Shown: piece by piece, positions 17,666 to 30,063 of the stretch
How the letters are laid out: each line of letters opens with the position of its first letter
Position numbering within the stretch: position 1 is the first letter of the stretch
NCBI GenBank assembly: GCA_963833985.1
Contig: CAWIAD010000001.1
Coordinates: forward strand, 1,760,001 to 1,824,000
Length of the DNA stretch: 64,000 nucleotides
Reading direction: 5' to 3'
Source of the DNA: an uncultured Planctomycetaceae bacterium
GTDB taxonomy: Bacteria > Planctomycetota > Planctomycetia > Isosphaerales > Isosphaeraceae
Position numbers and translations under genes: made by a program
Notes under the pieces: generated by a model
Databases searched by the model: none
Told to the model about the DNA's origin: nothing
Seen by the model: only the letters and a program-made list of their open reading frames with translations

Positions 17666-19645
17666 ATGCGATGCGACGTCCGGTTCCTGCGATGGGTGGT
17701 GGCGGCATGGGTTCTCGCCTGCGGAGGGGGCCGGGCGCAAGAGCGGGGCGCGGAAACGCGCGGCGATCAGATCGTGAGCGCATTTCTGGCCCATGATGCC
17801 GAGCTGCTGGAGAAGCAGGAGTTCGAGAACGTCGCGACTCCGGACCAGTGGCAAGCCATCCGGCCGCGGCTCAAGGCGGAGTTGTTCCAGATGCTCGGGC
17901 TCTGGCCGGTTCCCGTGCGTACCCCGCTGGACGCGCACGTCACGGGCAGGCTTGAGCGCGAGGGCTCGGTGATCATCGAGAAGCTGCACTTCCAGAGCCG
18001 GCCCGGCCTTTATGTGACAGGAAACCTGTATCGCCCGGCGCGGCCAGCGGGCAGGCTGCCGGCTGTTCTCTACGTGTGCGGCCATTCGGGCCGCGGCCGC
18101 GACGGCAACAAGACGGCGTTCCAGGACCACGGTATGTGGTTCGCCCGCAACGGGTACATCGCGCTTTTGATCGACACGCTTCAGCTCGGCGAGGTCGCGG
18201 GGGTGCATCACGGAACCTACAATCTGGGACGCTGGTGGTGGCAGGCGGTGGGCTACACGCCCGCCGGTGTGGAGTGCTGGAACGGCATCCGCGCCATCGA
18301 CTACCTGATCAGCCGGCCCGACGTTGACCCGGCGCGGATCGGCGTGACGGGGATCTCCGGTGGCGGGGCCGCCACGTTCTGGATCGCCGCGGCCGACGAC
18401 CGCGTGGCATGCGCCGCGCCAGTCAGCGGCATGAGCGACCTGGAAAGTTACGTCTCCCACACAGTGATCAACGGCCATTGCGACTGCATGTTCATGTATA
18501 ATGAATATCGTTGGAACTGGACGACCATCGCCGCCCTGGTGGCTCCCAGACCGTTGCTCTTCGCCAACTCCGACCACGACGCGATCTTTCCGATGGACGG
18601 CAATGTCCGCGTCATGGGCCGGCTGCGCCGGTTCTACGCGCTGCTCGGTCATCCTGACCGGGTCGCCGAGCATGTCAGCTCCGGCGGTCACGATTACCGG
18701 CCCGACCTGAGGATGGCGGTGTTCCGCTGGATGAATACGCATTTGAAAGGGCAGAACGCGGTGGTGCAGGACGCCGCCGACCCTGCGATCGAGGGCAAGC
18801 GGCTACGCGTCTTTCCGGAAGACGGCGACTTGCCGCGCGACTCCAGGAACGCCCGCATCGACGAGGAGTTCGTGCCCCAGGCGGCGCTGCGGCTGCCTTC
18901 CGGCGGTGGCTGGCCCGAGTTCCAGCGTGCGCAGCGGGCCGCACTGCGATCTTGCTGCTTTCGCACCTTGCCCGAGGCTGTCCCCGCGGCCCGGCCGCGC
19001 GCGGCTGGCAGCGCCGGTTCTCCTTCCCCGTCGCGCGTGCAGTGGCTCGAGACCGAGCCCGGCATCCAATCGGCGGTCCTGGATCTGAGATCGGAGCGCC
19101 CGTCCGCGCCGCGAGGCACGCTGCTGGTCCTGAACGAGGGCGAGGCGGTCGATGGGATACCGGACTGGGGACGGCCGTTGACCGGCGAGGATGCGGTGGT
19201 GATGCTGGCACCCCGGGGGGTAGGGCCCACGGCCTGGACGCACCGGTCGCCGCCCAACTATGTGGAACGCGCGCACGCCCTTCTGGGCAGGACCGTCGAC
19301 GCGGGGCGGGTGCACGACACCCTGTCCGTGCTGCGCTACCTGGCGGAGGAAGCCTTGCCGCGGCGGAGCTGGCGCGTCGCCGGCAGCCGCCAGGCCGGAA
19401 TCATCGCCGCCTACGCGGCGCTCTTCGAGCCGTCCGTGCAGGAAGTGATTGTAGTGGACCCTCCCACCTCGCACCGGGACGGCCCTATCTTCCTGAACGC
19501 GCTTCGCCTCATGGACGCCCCGGCCGCGCTGGGTCTTCTGGCACCCCGGCCGCTCCGCCTGATGGGTGCCCGGGAAGCGGCGTGGACGGCGACCAGAAAG
19601 CTGTACGATTCCGCGGCCGCCGGCGGTAAGCTGAGATTTCATTAA
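17666..19645 (+). CDS. Secreted double alpha/beta-hydrolase (acetylxylan-esterase-like)
   Basis: FQSRPGLYVTGNLYRP, RAIDYLISRPDVDPARIGVTGISGGG nucleophile elbow; signal peptide. Confidence 0.85.
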   Translation: MRCDVRFLRWVVAAWVLACGGGRAQERGAETRGDQIVSAFLAHDAELLEKQEFENVATPDQWQAIRPRLKAELFQMLGLWPVPVRTPLDAHVTGRLEREGSVIIEKLHFQSRPGLYVTGNLYRPARPAGRLPAVLYVCGHSGRGRDGNKTAFQDHGMWFARNGYIALLIDTLQLGEVAGVHHGTYNLGRWWWQAVGYTPAGVECWNGIRAIDYLISRPDVDPARIGVTGISGGGAATFWIAAADDRVACAAPVSGMSDLESYVSHTVINGHCDCMFMYNEYRWNWTTIAALVAPRPLLFANSDHDAIFPMDGNVRVMGRLRRFYALLGHPDRVAEHVSSGGHDYRPDLRMAVFRWMNTHLKGQNAVVQDAADPAIEGKRLRVFPEDGDLPRDSRNARIDEEFVPQAALRLPSGGGWPEFQRAQRAALRSCCFRTLPEAVPAARPRAAGSAGSPSPSRVQWLETEPGIQSAVLDLRSERPSAPRGTLLVLNEGEAVDGIPDWGRPLTGEDAVVMLAPRGVGPTAWTHRSPPNYVERAHALLGRTVDAGRVHDTLSVLRYLAEEALPRRSWRVAGSRQAGIIAAYAALFEPSVQEVIVVDPPTSHRDGPIFLNALRLMDAPAALGLLAPRPLRLMGAREAAWTATRKLYDSAAAGGKLRFH

Positions 19646-19682
19646 GGGACACACTGGCAAGCGAAGGGTACAGGCAAAACCG

Positions 19683-20870
19683 ATGTTCAATCTCGCCGCG
19701 ATCCAGCAGAGCCTTCATGACTTCAGCCTGGACGGCTGGCTGCTCTATGATTTCCGGGCCGGCAACATGCTGGCGCGCCGGGTACTGGACATGGAGTCGC
19801 GGCCGGCCGGAACGCGCCGGTTCCTGTACATGGTGCCCGCCAGTGGCGAGCCCATCAAGCTGGTGCATCGCATCGAGACCGCCGCGCTGGACCATCTTCC
19901 CGGCGGCAAGCTGGTTTACCTTACCTGGCAGGAGCTGGAGGCCGGTATTGCGAGGCTGGTGTCCGGCCGGCACAGGATCGCGATGGAGTACGCGACCCGG
20001 GTGTCCAACCCCTATGTCTCGAAGGTGGACGGCGGAACGATCGAGGCGGTCCGCGCCTGCGGCGTGGACGTCGTCTCCTCGGGCGACCTCATCCAGCAGT
20101 TCGAGGCCACCTGGGACGAGGACCAGTGGCAGATGCACCTGGAGGCCGAAAAATGCACGACGGCGGCCTACGACCTTGCGTGGGGGCTGATCGCAGAGCG
20201 CGTTCGCTCTGGCGGCACGATCCGCGAGACCGAGGTCCAGTCCGCGATCATGGACCATTTTCAGCGCCAGGGCATGACGACCTACAGCCCGCCCATCGTC
20301 GGCGCGGGAGCTCACAGTGGCGATCCGCACTATGAGCCCCAGGCGGGTCACGATGCGGAGATCGGGCCGGGGCAATTCGTACTCATCGATCTCTGGTGCA
20401 AGGTCGACCGGCCGCGCGCGGTTTATAGCGACCTGACACGGGTCGGTTTCACGGGGGAGTCGGTGCCGGAAGTGTACGAGCGCATCTTCGCGATCGTGGC
20501 GCGCGCCCGCGATGCCGCGATATCCTGTGTGCGAGCGGCTTTTGCGGCCGACCGTCCGCTTCAGGGCTGGGAAGTCGACGACGCCTGCCGGCGCGTGATC
20601 GTGGATGCGGGATATGGTGATTCCTTCATTCACCGCACCGGCCACAATATTGGGCAGGAAGTCCATGGCAACGGGGCCAACATGGATAACCTGGAGACTC
20701 ACGAGGAGCGGCTGGTGCTGCCGCGCACGTGTTTCTCGGTCGAACCAGGGATCTATCTTCCGGAGTTCGGCGTCCGCAGCGAGATCAACGTCTTCGTCGA
20801 CGCGGCCGGCGCGGTGCATGTCACGGGCGGCCTGCAACAGCAGGTCGTTTCCATCTTGTCGCGAACCTGA
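19683..20870 (+). CDS. M24 family (Xaa-Pro) aminopeptidase
   Basis: DPHY, LIDLW, YSDLT, HRTGH, FSVEPGIY, GVRSE metal-ligand motifs. Confidence 0.9.
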   Translation: MFNLAAIQQSLHDFSLDGWLLYDFRAGNMLARRVLDMESRPAGTRRFLYMVPASGEPIKLVHRIETAALDHLPGGKLVYLTWQELEAGIARLVSGRHRIAMEYATRVSNPYVSKVDGGTIEAVRACGVDVVSSGDLIQQFEATWDEDQWQMHLEAEKCTTAAYDLAWGLIAERVRSGGTIRETEVQSAIMDHFQRQGMTTYSPPIVGAGAHSGDPHYEPQAGHDAEIGPGQFVLIDLWCKVDRPRAVYSDLTRVGFTGESVPEVYERIFAIVARARDAAISCVRAAFAADRPLQGWEVDDACRRVIVDAGYGDSFIHRTGHNIGQEVHGNGANMDNLETHEERLVLPRTCFSVEPGIYLPEFGVRSEINVFVDAAGAVHVTGGLQQQVVSILSRT

Positions 20871-20974
20871 CGCGCGCCCGCTATGCAGTAATCTGGCCAG
20901 GCCACCGGCGGTATGTCGGTTGCTGCGAAATCCTCCAGCGGAAACCTTCCAGGTTCTTGCGGAGAAGACGAAGC

Positions 20975-21866
20975 ATGGCCAGCCAGATACCCGTCGGTCG
21001 TGAAGCGGTGGCGCGTGATACCGAGCGTGGCAGTGTCCACGAATTATGCGCGAACCTGTCCTACCAGCGGCTCGGGATCGTGAACGTCGTTTTTTTCGGT
21101 CGGCCCGGCGCACCGGACCGAGAATGGGTGCTGATCGACGCCGGGGTGATGGGCACCGCCGCGCTGATTCGCAAGGGAGCCGGCCAGCTCTTCGGCCACG
21201 ATTCACGGCCGTCGGCGATCTTGCTGACCCACGGGCACTTCGATCACGTCGGCGCGCTCAAGCAGCTTGCCGAGGAGTGGGACGTACCGGTCTATGCCCA
21301 CACGCTCGAACTGCCGTATCTGGACGGACGCTCGTCGTATCCACCTCCCGATCCGACGGTGGGGGGAGGACTGATGTCGGCGCTGGCGCCTCTCTACCCA
21401 CGCGGACCGATTGATGTTCGCCCGCGGCTGCATCCGCTGGCGGACGACGGCTGCGTGCCGGGGATGCCGGCCTGGAGATGGATCGCCACTCCGGGGCACG
21501 CGCCGAGGCATGTTTCGTTCTGGAGTGCGGCGGAGCGCCGCGCTCATCGTGGGTGATGCCTTCATCACCACGGCACAGGAGTCGGTCTATGCCGTGGCGA
21601 CGCAGGAACCGGAGCTCCACGGACCACCCATGTATTACACGCCGGACTGGAAAAACGCCAAGGTCTCCGTTGAAAAGCTGGCGCGGCTCGAGCCGGAGCT
21701 GGTGATCTGCGGGCACGGCCGGCCCATGCAGGGCTCGGAGATGCGCGCGGCCCTGCATCGGCTGGCACGCGACTTCGAGCGCGTGGCCGTACCGGAGCAG
21801 GGGCGCTATACCGGGCAGCCCGCTACTGCGGATGCCGGTGGAGTGACCTTCGTTCCGCCGCGGTGA
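20975..21866 (+). CDS. MBL-fold metallo-hydrolase (frameshift ~21540)
   Basis: LIDAG, THGHFDHVG, TPGH, then LIVGDA and CGHG in the next frame. Confidence 0.85.
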
Positions 21867-22369
21867 AACAGGTGGTCCCGGGCGGTGCTCCGCCCGCAGG
21901 CACCGTTCTCCCAGCCGTGCGGCCCTGGCGGGACCGGAGTGCCGGACGGGCCGGTACGCACCCGAGTGAGTGCTCGAAGCGTCATGGATGCGGGTGCGCA
22001 GGCCCATTCACGGTCACTGGCAGGCTGATTCTCAGCAAGGCCTGGCGTTGCGTGCCACGCTGGCGAGAGCCCACCAGATTACCCGGTTTCCGGGATAAGA
22101 TCCTGGACCGCCCTGATCTGGCAATGATTGGCAATTCATTTTTGTGCATTTAACCGTAATGGGATGCGTCCATCCGAGGCGTCCGGGTAGAGCCATGCTT
22201 GCCCGGTTTCCCGGAGTTGGTACTCCGATTGCAAGAGAGATCGGCGACGTGCGACGTGAACCTCGTCGGGCCGGACCCGGCTTTCTTCTGGGACTTCTGA
22301 TTGTCCCCGCCACGGTCCTTCCCGGCGAATCGTCGAGTACCGGAAAAGAGAACCTGGAGGAACGATTCA

Positions 22370-23315
22370 ATGCGTAGCAGAAAGATCTCTGGAATCGCCG
22401 TCGGAGCAGGATTGTTGGGCATGGTCCTCGCCGGCAGCGCACTGCGCTGAGGACAATGGTCTGCCAGGCCCCATCAACAGTATCGAGGACTTGCAGGATG
22501 CCGGCAAGTTGCTGTTCAAGCTCGCCGACACCAATAACGACAATCGCATTTCGCAAAAGGAGGCCGTGGACGCCGGCAACCTGCTGGCGGGCGGTTTCTT
22601 CTTCCGTGCCGACGCCAATGGCGACGGTACGGTGACCGCGGAGGAAGCCCGGACGGCGCGTGAGGCTCTGTTCAACCAGAGGCCTTTGCTGCGGTTTGTC
22701 TTTCAGCGTGGCAAGTCCGCCATCGACGAGCAGAGCGGCAACCGGCAAGCGGGTCAGCAAGGCGGGAACCTGCTTTCCGCCGGCGGCAACCAGCAGGGTG
22801 GCCAGCAGAAGCTCAACATCATGAATCTGCTGGATTCAAACCATGACGGCAACTTCTCCGCTCCTGAGCTGCGCCAGGCAGTCCAGACCGGCGTGCAGAG
22901 CATGTTCATGATGGCGGACCGCAATGGCGACGGTCAGCTGGAGCCCTCCGAGGTGAACCAGGCTGCCCTGGACCTGGGCCGCACCGCCGTGCAGACGGCT
23001 TTCAATGCCGCCGATTCCGACAAGAACGGCGCCGTGAGCGAGCAGGAATTCGACAAGGCGATCATGAACCCGGCTCACGTGATGTTCAAGATCTTCGACG
23101 CCAACGGGGACAGCCAGATCTCCAATGATGAGATGCGCAGCGGGATGCAGATCATCGTCCGGGAGCTGCGTGCCATGAAGGTTCCCGAAGCGTCCAACTC
23201 GCTCTCCAACCAGATCCAGCAGAACGGGACCGCCCCTGTGGCGACCAGTCCGCGACCCGCCACGACCGTGGCTCCGGTCCAAGTGGCTCCGGGCACCGTG
23301 CCTCCGCAGCGCTGA
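22370..23315 (+). CDS. Secreted multi-EF-hand calcium-binding protein (frameshift ~22445)
   Basis: Six DxNxDG-type loops (DTNNDNRIS, DANGDGTVT, DSNHDGNFS, DRNGDGQLE, DSDKNGAVS, DANGDSQIS); signal peptide in the upstream frame with GGAGG RBS. Confidence 0.85.
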
Positions 23316-23532
23316 GTGCCCGTTTCCCTGTCCTGTCAGGTCTTGAGTCGCTCTCCACTGACGGCGACGGTTCATCGAGCTCGGGTCGGGATGCCGGCCT
23401 CCCCGGAGGCCAGGTTTTCCGGCCCGAGCGTCATGATCAGATCAAGCCGGCCTTCACTTCAACTCAACCTTCGCCCTTCGTCGCGTTCTCGAACCGCAGC
23501 CAGGAACCCAGTGAAGTCAGGAGCAATTTGCG

Positions 23533-24048
23533 ATGGCGCAGCCTCTCGATTCGCCAGCGTCCACGGACCCGGCCGCCACGAACCCCGCCGATCTCGATCA
23601 AGGGATGGCCGAGCCCGAGCTGGTCAACCCGAACATGACCGTCGCCGAGGCCATGACCGTGGCGCCACGCACGTGCTCGGCCGCAAGCACCGTGCTGGAA
23701 GCCGTGATGGTCTTTCGCGACGCCGACTGCGGCTCGATCCCGATCACCGATGCCGGCCAGCCGATCGGCGTACTGACCGACCGGGACGTGGCCCTGGCGG
23801 TTCCGTCCTACTCCGAGCTGAGTCGCTTGCCGGTAGGCGAGCTCATGAACAAGGACGTCGTGACCATCCACCTGGATGACACGCTGGACCTCGCCATGGA
23901 GAAGCTGGGGGACCATGGCGTCCGGCGGCTCATGGTGGTGGATAGTGAAGGCGTTCTCCAGGGTGTCCTGAGCTGGACGGACCTGATTCCGTATCTCTCC
24001 AAGAGCAGCCTGGGACGGGTGGTGTCACGGATCATCGAGAACCGCTAG
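23533..24048 (+). CDS. CBS-pair domain protein
   Basis: GSIPI..GVLTDRD, VRRLMVVD..GVLSWTD. Confidence 0.9.
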   Translation: MAQPLDSPASTDPAATNPADLDQGMAEPELVNPNMTVAEAMTVAPRTCSAASTVLEAVMVFRDADCGSIPITDAGQPIGVLTDRDVALAVPSYSELSRLPVGELMNKDVVTIHLDDTLDLAMEKLGDHGVRRLMVVDSEGVLQGVLSWTDLIPYLSKSSLGRVVSRIIENR

Positions 24049-24172
24049 GCCACCCTCCCGCGGGGGCGGTCCAGCGCCGCCGGCGGATTGCTCAGGTGCT
24101 CCGGACCGGTTATTCCTGCAAGGTGTTCGCTCGCTCGCGCGCGGGCCGACGACACCACCCAGGAGACCGGTC

Positions 24173-26287
24173 ATGCCCCGTATGCTCCAGCAACTTCAGA
24201 GGCTCGCACGCCGTTCCGTGCGTTGTCTGCCCCTTTGCCTGTTGCCCATCGCAGCCCAGCTGCCTGCACGGGAGCCGGAACACGCTCCCCTCCGCGCGGA
24301 GATCACGGTCGATGCCGCCAGGCCTATCGGCAAGATCAGCCCATTGCTGTACGGGCAGTTCCTCGAGCACATGTTCCAGTGCATCAAGACCGGTCTGCAT
24401 GCCGAGCTGGTCCGCAATCGCGGCTTCGAGGAGCCGGCCGATCACCTGGGTCTGCCGCGCGACTGGGAACCGTATCCCGATCGGCGCAATGACGACCCGA
24501 TCCAGTTCGCCTGGGACGCGGGAACTTCTTATCCGGATCGGATCAACCCGGACACGAAAGTGCACGAGCGCTCGCTGCGCGTCGACGTCCAGCGCGGGCC
24601 GGCCAGCCGCCATGGCGTCTGCCAGAGCGGGATCCCTGCTGTCAAAGGGGCCCAGTACGAAGGCTATGTCTGGCTCAAGGCCGCGGACTACCATGGGCCA
24701 ATCCAGGTGACGCTCGAGCCGGAGATCGAGGGTGCCCCGCCGTATGCCGAGGCGGAGCTGGAGGCCCCGAGCGACCACTGGAACCAGCACCGCTTCCGCT
24801 TCCGTGCGTCGGCCAGCGACCCGCTGGCGCGGCTCGTCTTCCGGTTCGGGGGCAGGGGCCGCGTCTGGATGGACGCCGTCTCGCTCCTGCCCGGAAGCGC
24901 CGTGGATGGCGTGCGCCAGGACGTCTTCCAGCGTATCCAGGACCTCCGCCCCGCCTTCGTGCGCTGGCCGGGAGGCAATGTCGCGCAGGATTACCGCTGG
25001 CTGTGGGGCGTTGGCCCGCGCGACCAGCGCGTGACATGGACCAACCTCTCCTGGCGCAACGAGCCGGAGCCCTCAGATTTCGGCACCGACGAGTATCTCC
25101 GCTTCTGTCGGAACCTGGGGGCACGGCCGACCATCGTGGTCAACGTGGAAGGACCCGGCATGACTGCCGAGCTTGCCGCCGCCTGGGTGGAGTACTGCAA
25201 CGGGCCGGCCGGCTCGAAATACGGCGCGTTGCGGGCCGCGAATGGACACCCGGAGCCCTATCGGGTGCGGTACTGGGAGATCGGCAACGAGATCTGGGGC
25301 GCATGGGTGCGCGGGCATTCCGATGCGGCGACCTATGCCCGCAACCTGCTGCGCTACCAGGCGGCCATGCGTGCCGTGGATCCCACCATCGAGCTCATCG
25401 CTTGCGGCGACAACAACATGAACTGGAACCGGACCGTGCTCCGCGAGGCCGGCACCACATTCGATTACCTGGCGATCCATCACTACTACGGTGCGCGGGA
25501 GATGGCGGGAAGCTTGAAGAACCTGATGGCCCATCCTCTGGCGTATGAGTCCTTCTACCGATCCGCGGGCGAAGTGCTCCGTACGCTTGTGCCCTCCCGG
25601 CCGATCAAGCTGGCCATCAACGAATGGGGGCTGGGACTTCCCGCGGAACAGCAGTACTCGATTGCCGGGGCACTCTATGCCGGCAGGATGCTGAACGTCT
25701 TCGAGCGCACCGGCGGTTTGGTGGCCATGAGCTCCGTATCGGACCTGGTCAACGGCTGGAGCGGAGGCATCATCCAGGCGAACCGCCACGGGCTGTTCAC
25801 GACGTCGGCTTACCAGGTGAACAAGATTTACAGTCAGAATGCGGGGACCGAGCTGCTCGCTGCCGAAGTTCACGGGCCCGTCTTCGACACCACCCGCGAG
25901 GGACGGTCGATTCCCGACCTCGACGTCGCGGCAAGCCGTTCGGCGGACGGCCAGTCCATCTATCTGAAGATGGTGAACACCAACCTGGAACACCCGCTGG
26001 CCGTTGCCGTCACGCTGCCGCAAGTGCCGATCGGCCCGCACGGGCGGATCGAATCGGTCGTCAGCGGCAACCTCCGGGCGTACAATGATTTCTCGAGTCC
26101 GGATGCCGTGTCGATCCGCTCCGGCGCGGTCGACGCCGGCAGCCGGTTCACGGTCGCACTGCCGGCAGCTTCCGTTTCGGTCGTCTGCTTGAAGGTGTTG
26201 CCAGGGACGGCGGGCGAGCCGCTGGATCGGCGGGAGACCGTCCCGCGTAAGGGAGAGCAGGGCCGTTCGGGGCAAGCCGGCCGGTGA
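24173..26287 (+). CDS. GH51 alpha-L-arabinofuranosidase
   Basis: [38 protein letters not shown]. Confidence 0.9.
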   Translation: MPRMLQQLQRLARRSVRCLPLCLLPIAAQLPAREPEHAPLRAEITVDAARPIGKISPLLYGQFLEHMFQCIKTGLHAELVRNRGFEEPADHLGLPRDWEPYPDRRNDDPIQFAWDAGTSYPDRINPDTKVHERSLRVDVQRGPASRHGVCQSGIPAVKGAQYEGYVWLKAADYHGPIQVTLEPEIEGAPPYAEAELEAPSDHWNQHRFRFRASASDPLARLVFRFGGRGRVWMDAVSLLPGSAVDGVRQDVFQRIQDLRPAFVRWPGGNVAQDYRWLWGVGPRDQRVTWTNLSWRNEPEPSDFGTDEYLRFCRNLGARPTIVVNVEGPGMTAELAAAWVEYCNGPAGSKYGALRAANGHPEPYRVRYWEIGNEIWGAWVRGHSDAATYARNLLRYQAAMRAVDPTIELIACGDNNMNWNRTVLREAGTTFDYLAIHHYYGAREMAGSLKNLMAHPLAYESFYRSAGEVLRTLVPSRPIKLAINEWGLGLPAEQQYSIAGALYAGRMLNVFERTGGLVAMSSVSDLVNGWSGGIIQANRHGLFTTSAYQVNKIYSQNAGTELLAAEVHGPVFDTTREGRSIPDLDVAASRSADGQSIYLKMVNTNLEHPLAVAVTLPQVPIGPHGRIESVVSGNLRAYNDFSSPDAVSIRSGAVDAGSRFTVALPAASVSVVCLKVLPGTAGEPLDRRETVPRKGEQGRSGQAGR

Positions 26288-26331
26288 ACGTTCCGGTTCG
26301 CCGCAGAGGACCAGGGTCGGAGACCACGACG

Positions 26332-27101
26332 ATGGCAGACTGCCTGATTCAGGAATCGCGCGAAGGGGTGGTGCGGCTGACGCTGAACCGCCCGGAACGG
26401 CGCAACGCACTTTCGCATGAGCTGCTGCAACGGCTCGAGGCGGCCATCGAGGCCATCGGCCAGGACTCATCCGCGCGGGTGGTGATTCTTGGCGGCAACG
26501 GCCCGGTCTTCTCATCGGGGCACGACCTGGGCGAGCTTCAGGGCAAATCCGACGGCGAGTGCCGCATGCTCTTCGAACTTTGCAGCCGGGTGATGCTCGG
26601 CTTGCGGAGGTTGCCGCAGCCGGTGATCGCCAGGGTACACGGGCTGGCCACGGCAGCCGGTTGCCAGCTTGTCGCCTCGTGCGACCTGGCGGTGGCCTCG
26701 TCGGCGGCGACGTTCGCCACCCCCGGCGTGAAGATCGGTCTCTTCTGCACGACGCCGATGATACCGCTGGTGCGCGTCATTCCCCCCGCGCGGCGCTGGA
26801 AATGCTCATGACCGCCAGTCCCATCTCCGCGGCTCGCGCTCTGGAGCTGGGACTGGTGAACCGCGTGGTCGCCGCCGGCGAGCTCGACGCGGCCGTTCAG
26901 TCGCTGGTCGAAACGCTGTGTGCGCTGAGCCCCTCCGTGCTCGGCCTGGGCAAGCGGGCGTTCTACGACCTGGAGGGGCTGGACGAGCCTGAGGCCTACG
27001 CGCGGGCGACCGAGATCATGGTCGGCAACGCAGGCTACCCCGCGGCGCGTGAGGGCATCGCGGCCTTCCTCGAGAAACGCCGCCCAGAGTGGCCGGCATG
27101 A
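26332..27101 (+). CDS. Enoyl-CoA hydratase/isomerase (frameshift ~26790)
   Basis: [30 protein letters not shown], then ALEMLMT...GLVNRVV...[10 protein letters not shown]. Confidence 0.9.
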
Positions 27102-27153
27102 AGCGCGCGGCCTGCCGGTCGAGACCATTGAAGCTCTGTCTGCATCCGTCCCC

Positions 27154-28089
27154 ATGACCATACAGACCCTTCCCACCTTCGGTGAGCTTCACGAGCGTGC
27201 GTCGAGGTCTGCCGCACCGGTGACCGTCGCGGTGGCAGGAGCCCATGACCCGTCCGTGATCGAAGCGGCCGGCATCGCGGCGGCGCGCGGCTGGGTGCAT
27301 CCCATCCTGGTTGGCCCCGACGAGGAGATCCGTGCGACGGCCGCGGCCCTTTCACTCGACCTTGCAGGGATGACCATCCTGCACGCGGATCACGCGAACA
27401 TCGCCTCCGCTGCGGTGGCCGAGGTGCGGGCCGGTCGCGCGGGAGTGCTGATGAAGGGGCAGATCGCCACCCCGTCCCTGATGGCAGCCGTGCTCGACCC
27501 CGAGCATGGTCTGCGTACCGGCAAGGTGATTTGCCAGGTCGTCCTGATGGAGATCCCGCGCGACGACCGCCGGTTCCTCATGGCCGACACCGGAATCACG
27601 ATCCGGCCGAACCTCGTGAAAAAAGCGGAGATCCTCCGGGGGGCCGTCGCCATCGCCCACGCCCTTGGCCTGGCACGGCCTCGAGTCGCGCTCGTGGCCG
27701 CCTCCGAGACGGTCAAGGCGAGCATGCCGGAGACGGTTCACGCCCGGGAGCTCACAGGACGCGGCGAGCGTGGGGAATTCCCGGGCTGCGTCCTTCAGGG
27801 GCCGCTCTCGTTCGACCTTGCTTACGCCGCGCAGGCCGGTAGCCGAAAGCGCATCGACGGAGCAGTGGTCGGGGCGGCTGACATCATGCTCTTCCCCGAC
27901 TTGCTCTCGGCCAACCTCACCGTGAAGGCCGTCATGTACACGGCCGACTGCCGCTTCGGGGGCGTCCTCTGCGGCACCAGTGCGCCGGTGGTGTTCATGT
28001 CCAGGGCGGACGACACCACCACGCGGCTCAATTCGCTGGTCCTCGCCCTGACGATCCTCGCTTCCACGGGAAAGCCGCTGCCGGACTGA
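27154..28089 (+). CDS. Phosphate acetyl/butyryltransferase
   Basis: LMKG, MADTGI, GPLSFDLA, GAADI..PDL..AN, SRAD. Confidence 0.88.
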   Translation: MTIQTLPTFGELHERASRSAAPVTVAVAGAHDPSVIEAAGIAAARGWVHPILVGPDEEIRATAAALSLDLAGMTILHADHANIASAAVAEVRAGRAGVLMKGQIATPSLMAAVLDPEHGLRTGKVICQVVLMEIPRDDRRFLMADTGITIRPNLVKKAEILRGAVAIAHALGLARPRVALVAASETVKASMPETVHARELTGRGERGEFPGCVLQGPLSFDLAYAAQAGSRKRIDGAVVGAADIMLFPDLLSANLTVKAVMYTADCRFGGVLCGTSAPVVFMSRADDTTTRLNSLVLALTILASTGKPLPD

Positions 28090-28142
28090 GCCGCACCGCT
28101 CCGTGCACCGTGCCCCCGCAATTCCAACCCGGCACTCGTGGG

Positions 28143-28193
28143 TTGACCCGTGTTGACGGGACGCCGATAATTCACTAAATAACTAATTGGTTA
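28143..28193 (+). promoter_or_regulatory. Sigma70-like promoter with palindromic operator
   Basis: TTGACC (28143) - 17 bp - GATAAT (28166); near-perfect palindrome TAACTAATTGGTTA (28180-28193) in an AT-rich island upstream of the CoA-disulfide reductase gene. Confidence 0.6.
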
Positions 28194-28235
28194 ACCAGGT
28201 AGGGCCTGGAGGCCGGTCAGGCAAGGAGTTCGACG

Positions 28236-29876
28236 ATGAAGCTGGTGATCGTGGGTGGTGTAGCAGGGGGAGCGTCCGCCGCGGCGCGTGCGAGGAGGCT
28301 CTCTGAGGAGGCCGAGATCGTGGTCTTCGAGCGCGGGCCGGATGTCTCGTTCGCCAACTGCGGGCTGCCGTACTACATCGGCGGCGAGATCCGCGACCGT
28401 GGCAAACTGCTCGTCACCCGGCCAGAGGTGCTGCGGCAGCGCTATCGGCTCGACGTCAGGACCGAGACCGAGGTCATCAAGATCGACCGCGTTGCGCCAC
28501 GGTCACGGCCCGCCGCCTGCCCGACGGTTCCATGTACGAGGAGCCTTATGACGCGCTGGTGCTCGCGCCGGGGCGGCTCCGTTGCGGCCGCCGATTCCGG
28601 GCATCGATCTGCCGGGCGTTCACACCCTGCGAAACCTGGGCGACGTGGACCGGATCAAGGCCGCCGTCGATCAGGGCGTGAACAGGGCCATTCTGGTCGG
28701 CGCCGGGTTCATCGGGTTGGAGCTGGCCGAGAACCTGCTGCGGCGCGGGGTCCAGACCGTGCTGATCGAGCTCCAGGACCAGGTCTTACCACCGCTCGAT
28801 GCGGAGTTGACCACGCCCATGGCCCAGGAACTCCGGGCACGCGGCGTCGAGCTCTTGCTGGGCGACTCGGCGGAGCAGTTCCGGGAATCGCCGGAGGGCA
28901 TTGTGGTCGGCCTCAAGTCGGGCCGGTCGGTGACGGGCCAGCTTGTGGTGCTGGGCGTGGGCGTGCGGCCCGAGAACCTGCTTGCCGTCGACGCCGGCCT
29001 GGCGGTTGGCCCCCGGGGAGGCATCCAGGTCAACGACCGCATGCAGACCAGCGACCCCGCGATCTACGCGGTGGGTGACGCGGTGGAAGTGCGCGACTAT
29101 GTTTCCGGATCGCCCGCGCAGGTGCCGCTTGCCGGGCCGGCCAACCGTCAGGGACGGATCGCCGCGGATGCGATCTTCGGCCGGTCCAGCCGCTATCGAG
29201 GGACGCAGGGGACCGCGATCGTCGGCTTCTTCGACCTCACAGCCGCGGTCACGGGCCAGGGTGAGAAGTCGCTGGCCCGCGCCGGTACCGCCTTCGAGAA
29301 GGTTTACATTCACGCCAACCAGCATGCCGGATACTACCCCGGCGCCGCCCCATGGCGCTCAAGGTGCTGTTCGATCCCCGGACCGGCAGGATCCTCGGCG
29401 CCCAGGCGGTTGGACATGAGGGTGTCGACAACCGCATCAACGTGCTGGCGATGGCGATCCACGCGGGGATGACGGTCTTCGACCTCGAACAAGCGGAGCT
29501 GGCGTACGCGCCGCAGTTTGGGTCGGCGAAGGACCCGGTGAACATGGCCGGCTTCGTGGCCGCGAACCTGGTTCGGGGCGATTACCCGCAGGTTCACGTG
29601 GAGCAGCTCGCAGGGCTGATGTCGGCCGGGGCACTCCTGGTTGACGTGCGGACCCCTCCAGAGTTTGCCGCCGGCGCGATCCCTGGTGCCGTGAACATCC
29701 CCCTGGAGACGCTGCGAAACCGTCTGGGCGAGGTTCCCCGGGACCGCAAGGTCATCGTCCACTGCCAGGTTGGCATGCGCGGCTACATGGCCACGCTTGT
29801 GCTCCGCCACGCCGGACGGGACGCGGCGAACCTGGCCGGCGGCTACAAGACATACCGTCTGGTGCACGACCGCTGA
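28236..29876 (+). CDS. CoA-disulfide reductase with C-terminal rhodanese domain (frameshifts ~28497, ~28575, ~29345)
   Basis: GGVAGGAS, SFANCGLPY, GAGFIGLE, LAGPANRQG, LAYAPQF, DVRT...HCQVGMRG. Confidence 0.92.
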
Positions 29877-30063
29877 GCCACACATGGCAAAGAAATAAGT
29901 TCGGAGAGACCTGTGCGGTGCCTCAGCAAGAGCTGACCAGCGTCCTGGTCTGCTGGCGTGGCCGGGCCCGAGACAACAGGCACAGGGGAACGTTTCTCGA
30001 TTCATTCTTCACAATCAAGCCCAATACCGTTGAAATAGCGTTTACGAGAAGAGGGCAAGCACG

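Noticed and set aside
27154..28089. Butyrate fermentation operon
   Set aside because: No butyrate kinase or acyl-CoA dehydrogenase is adjacent, so the substrate cannot be assigned.
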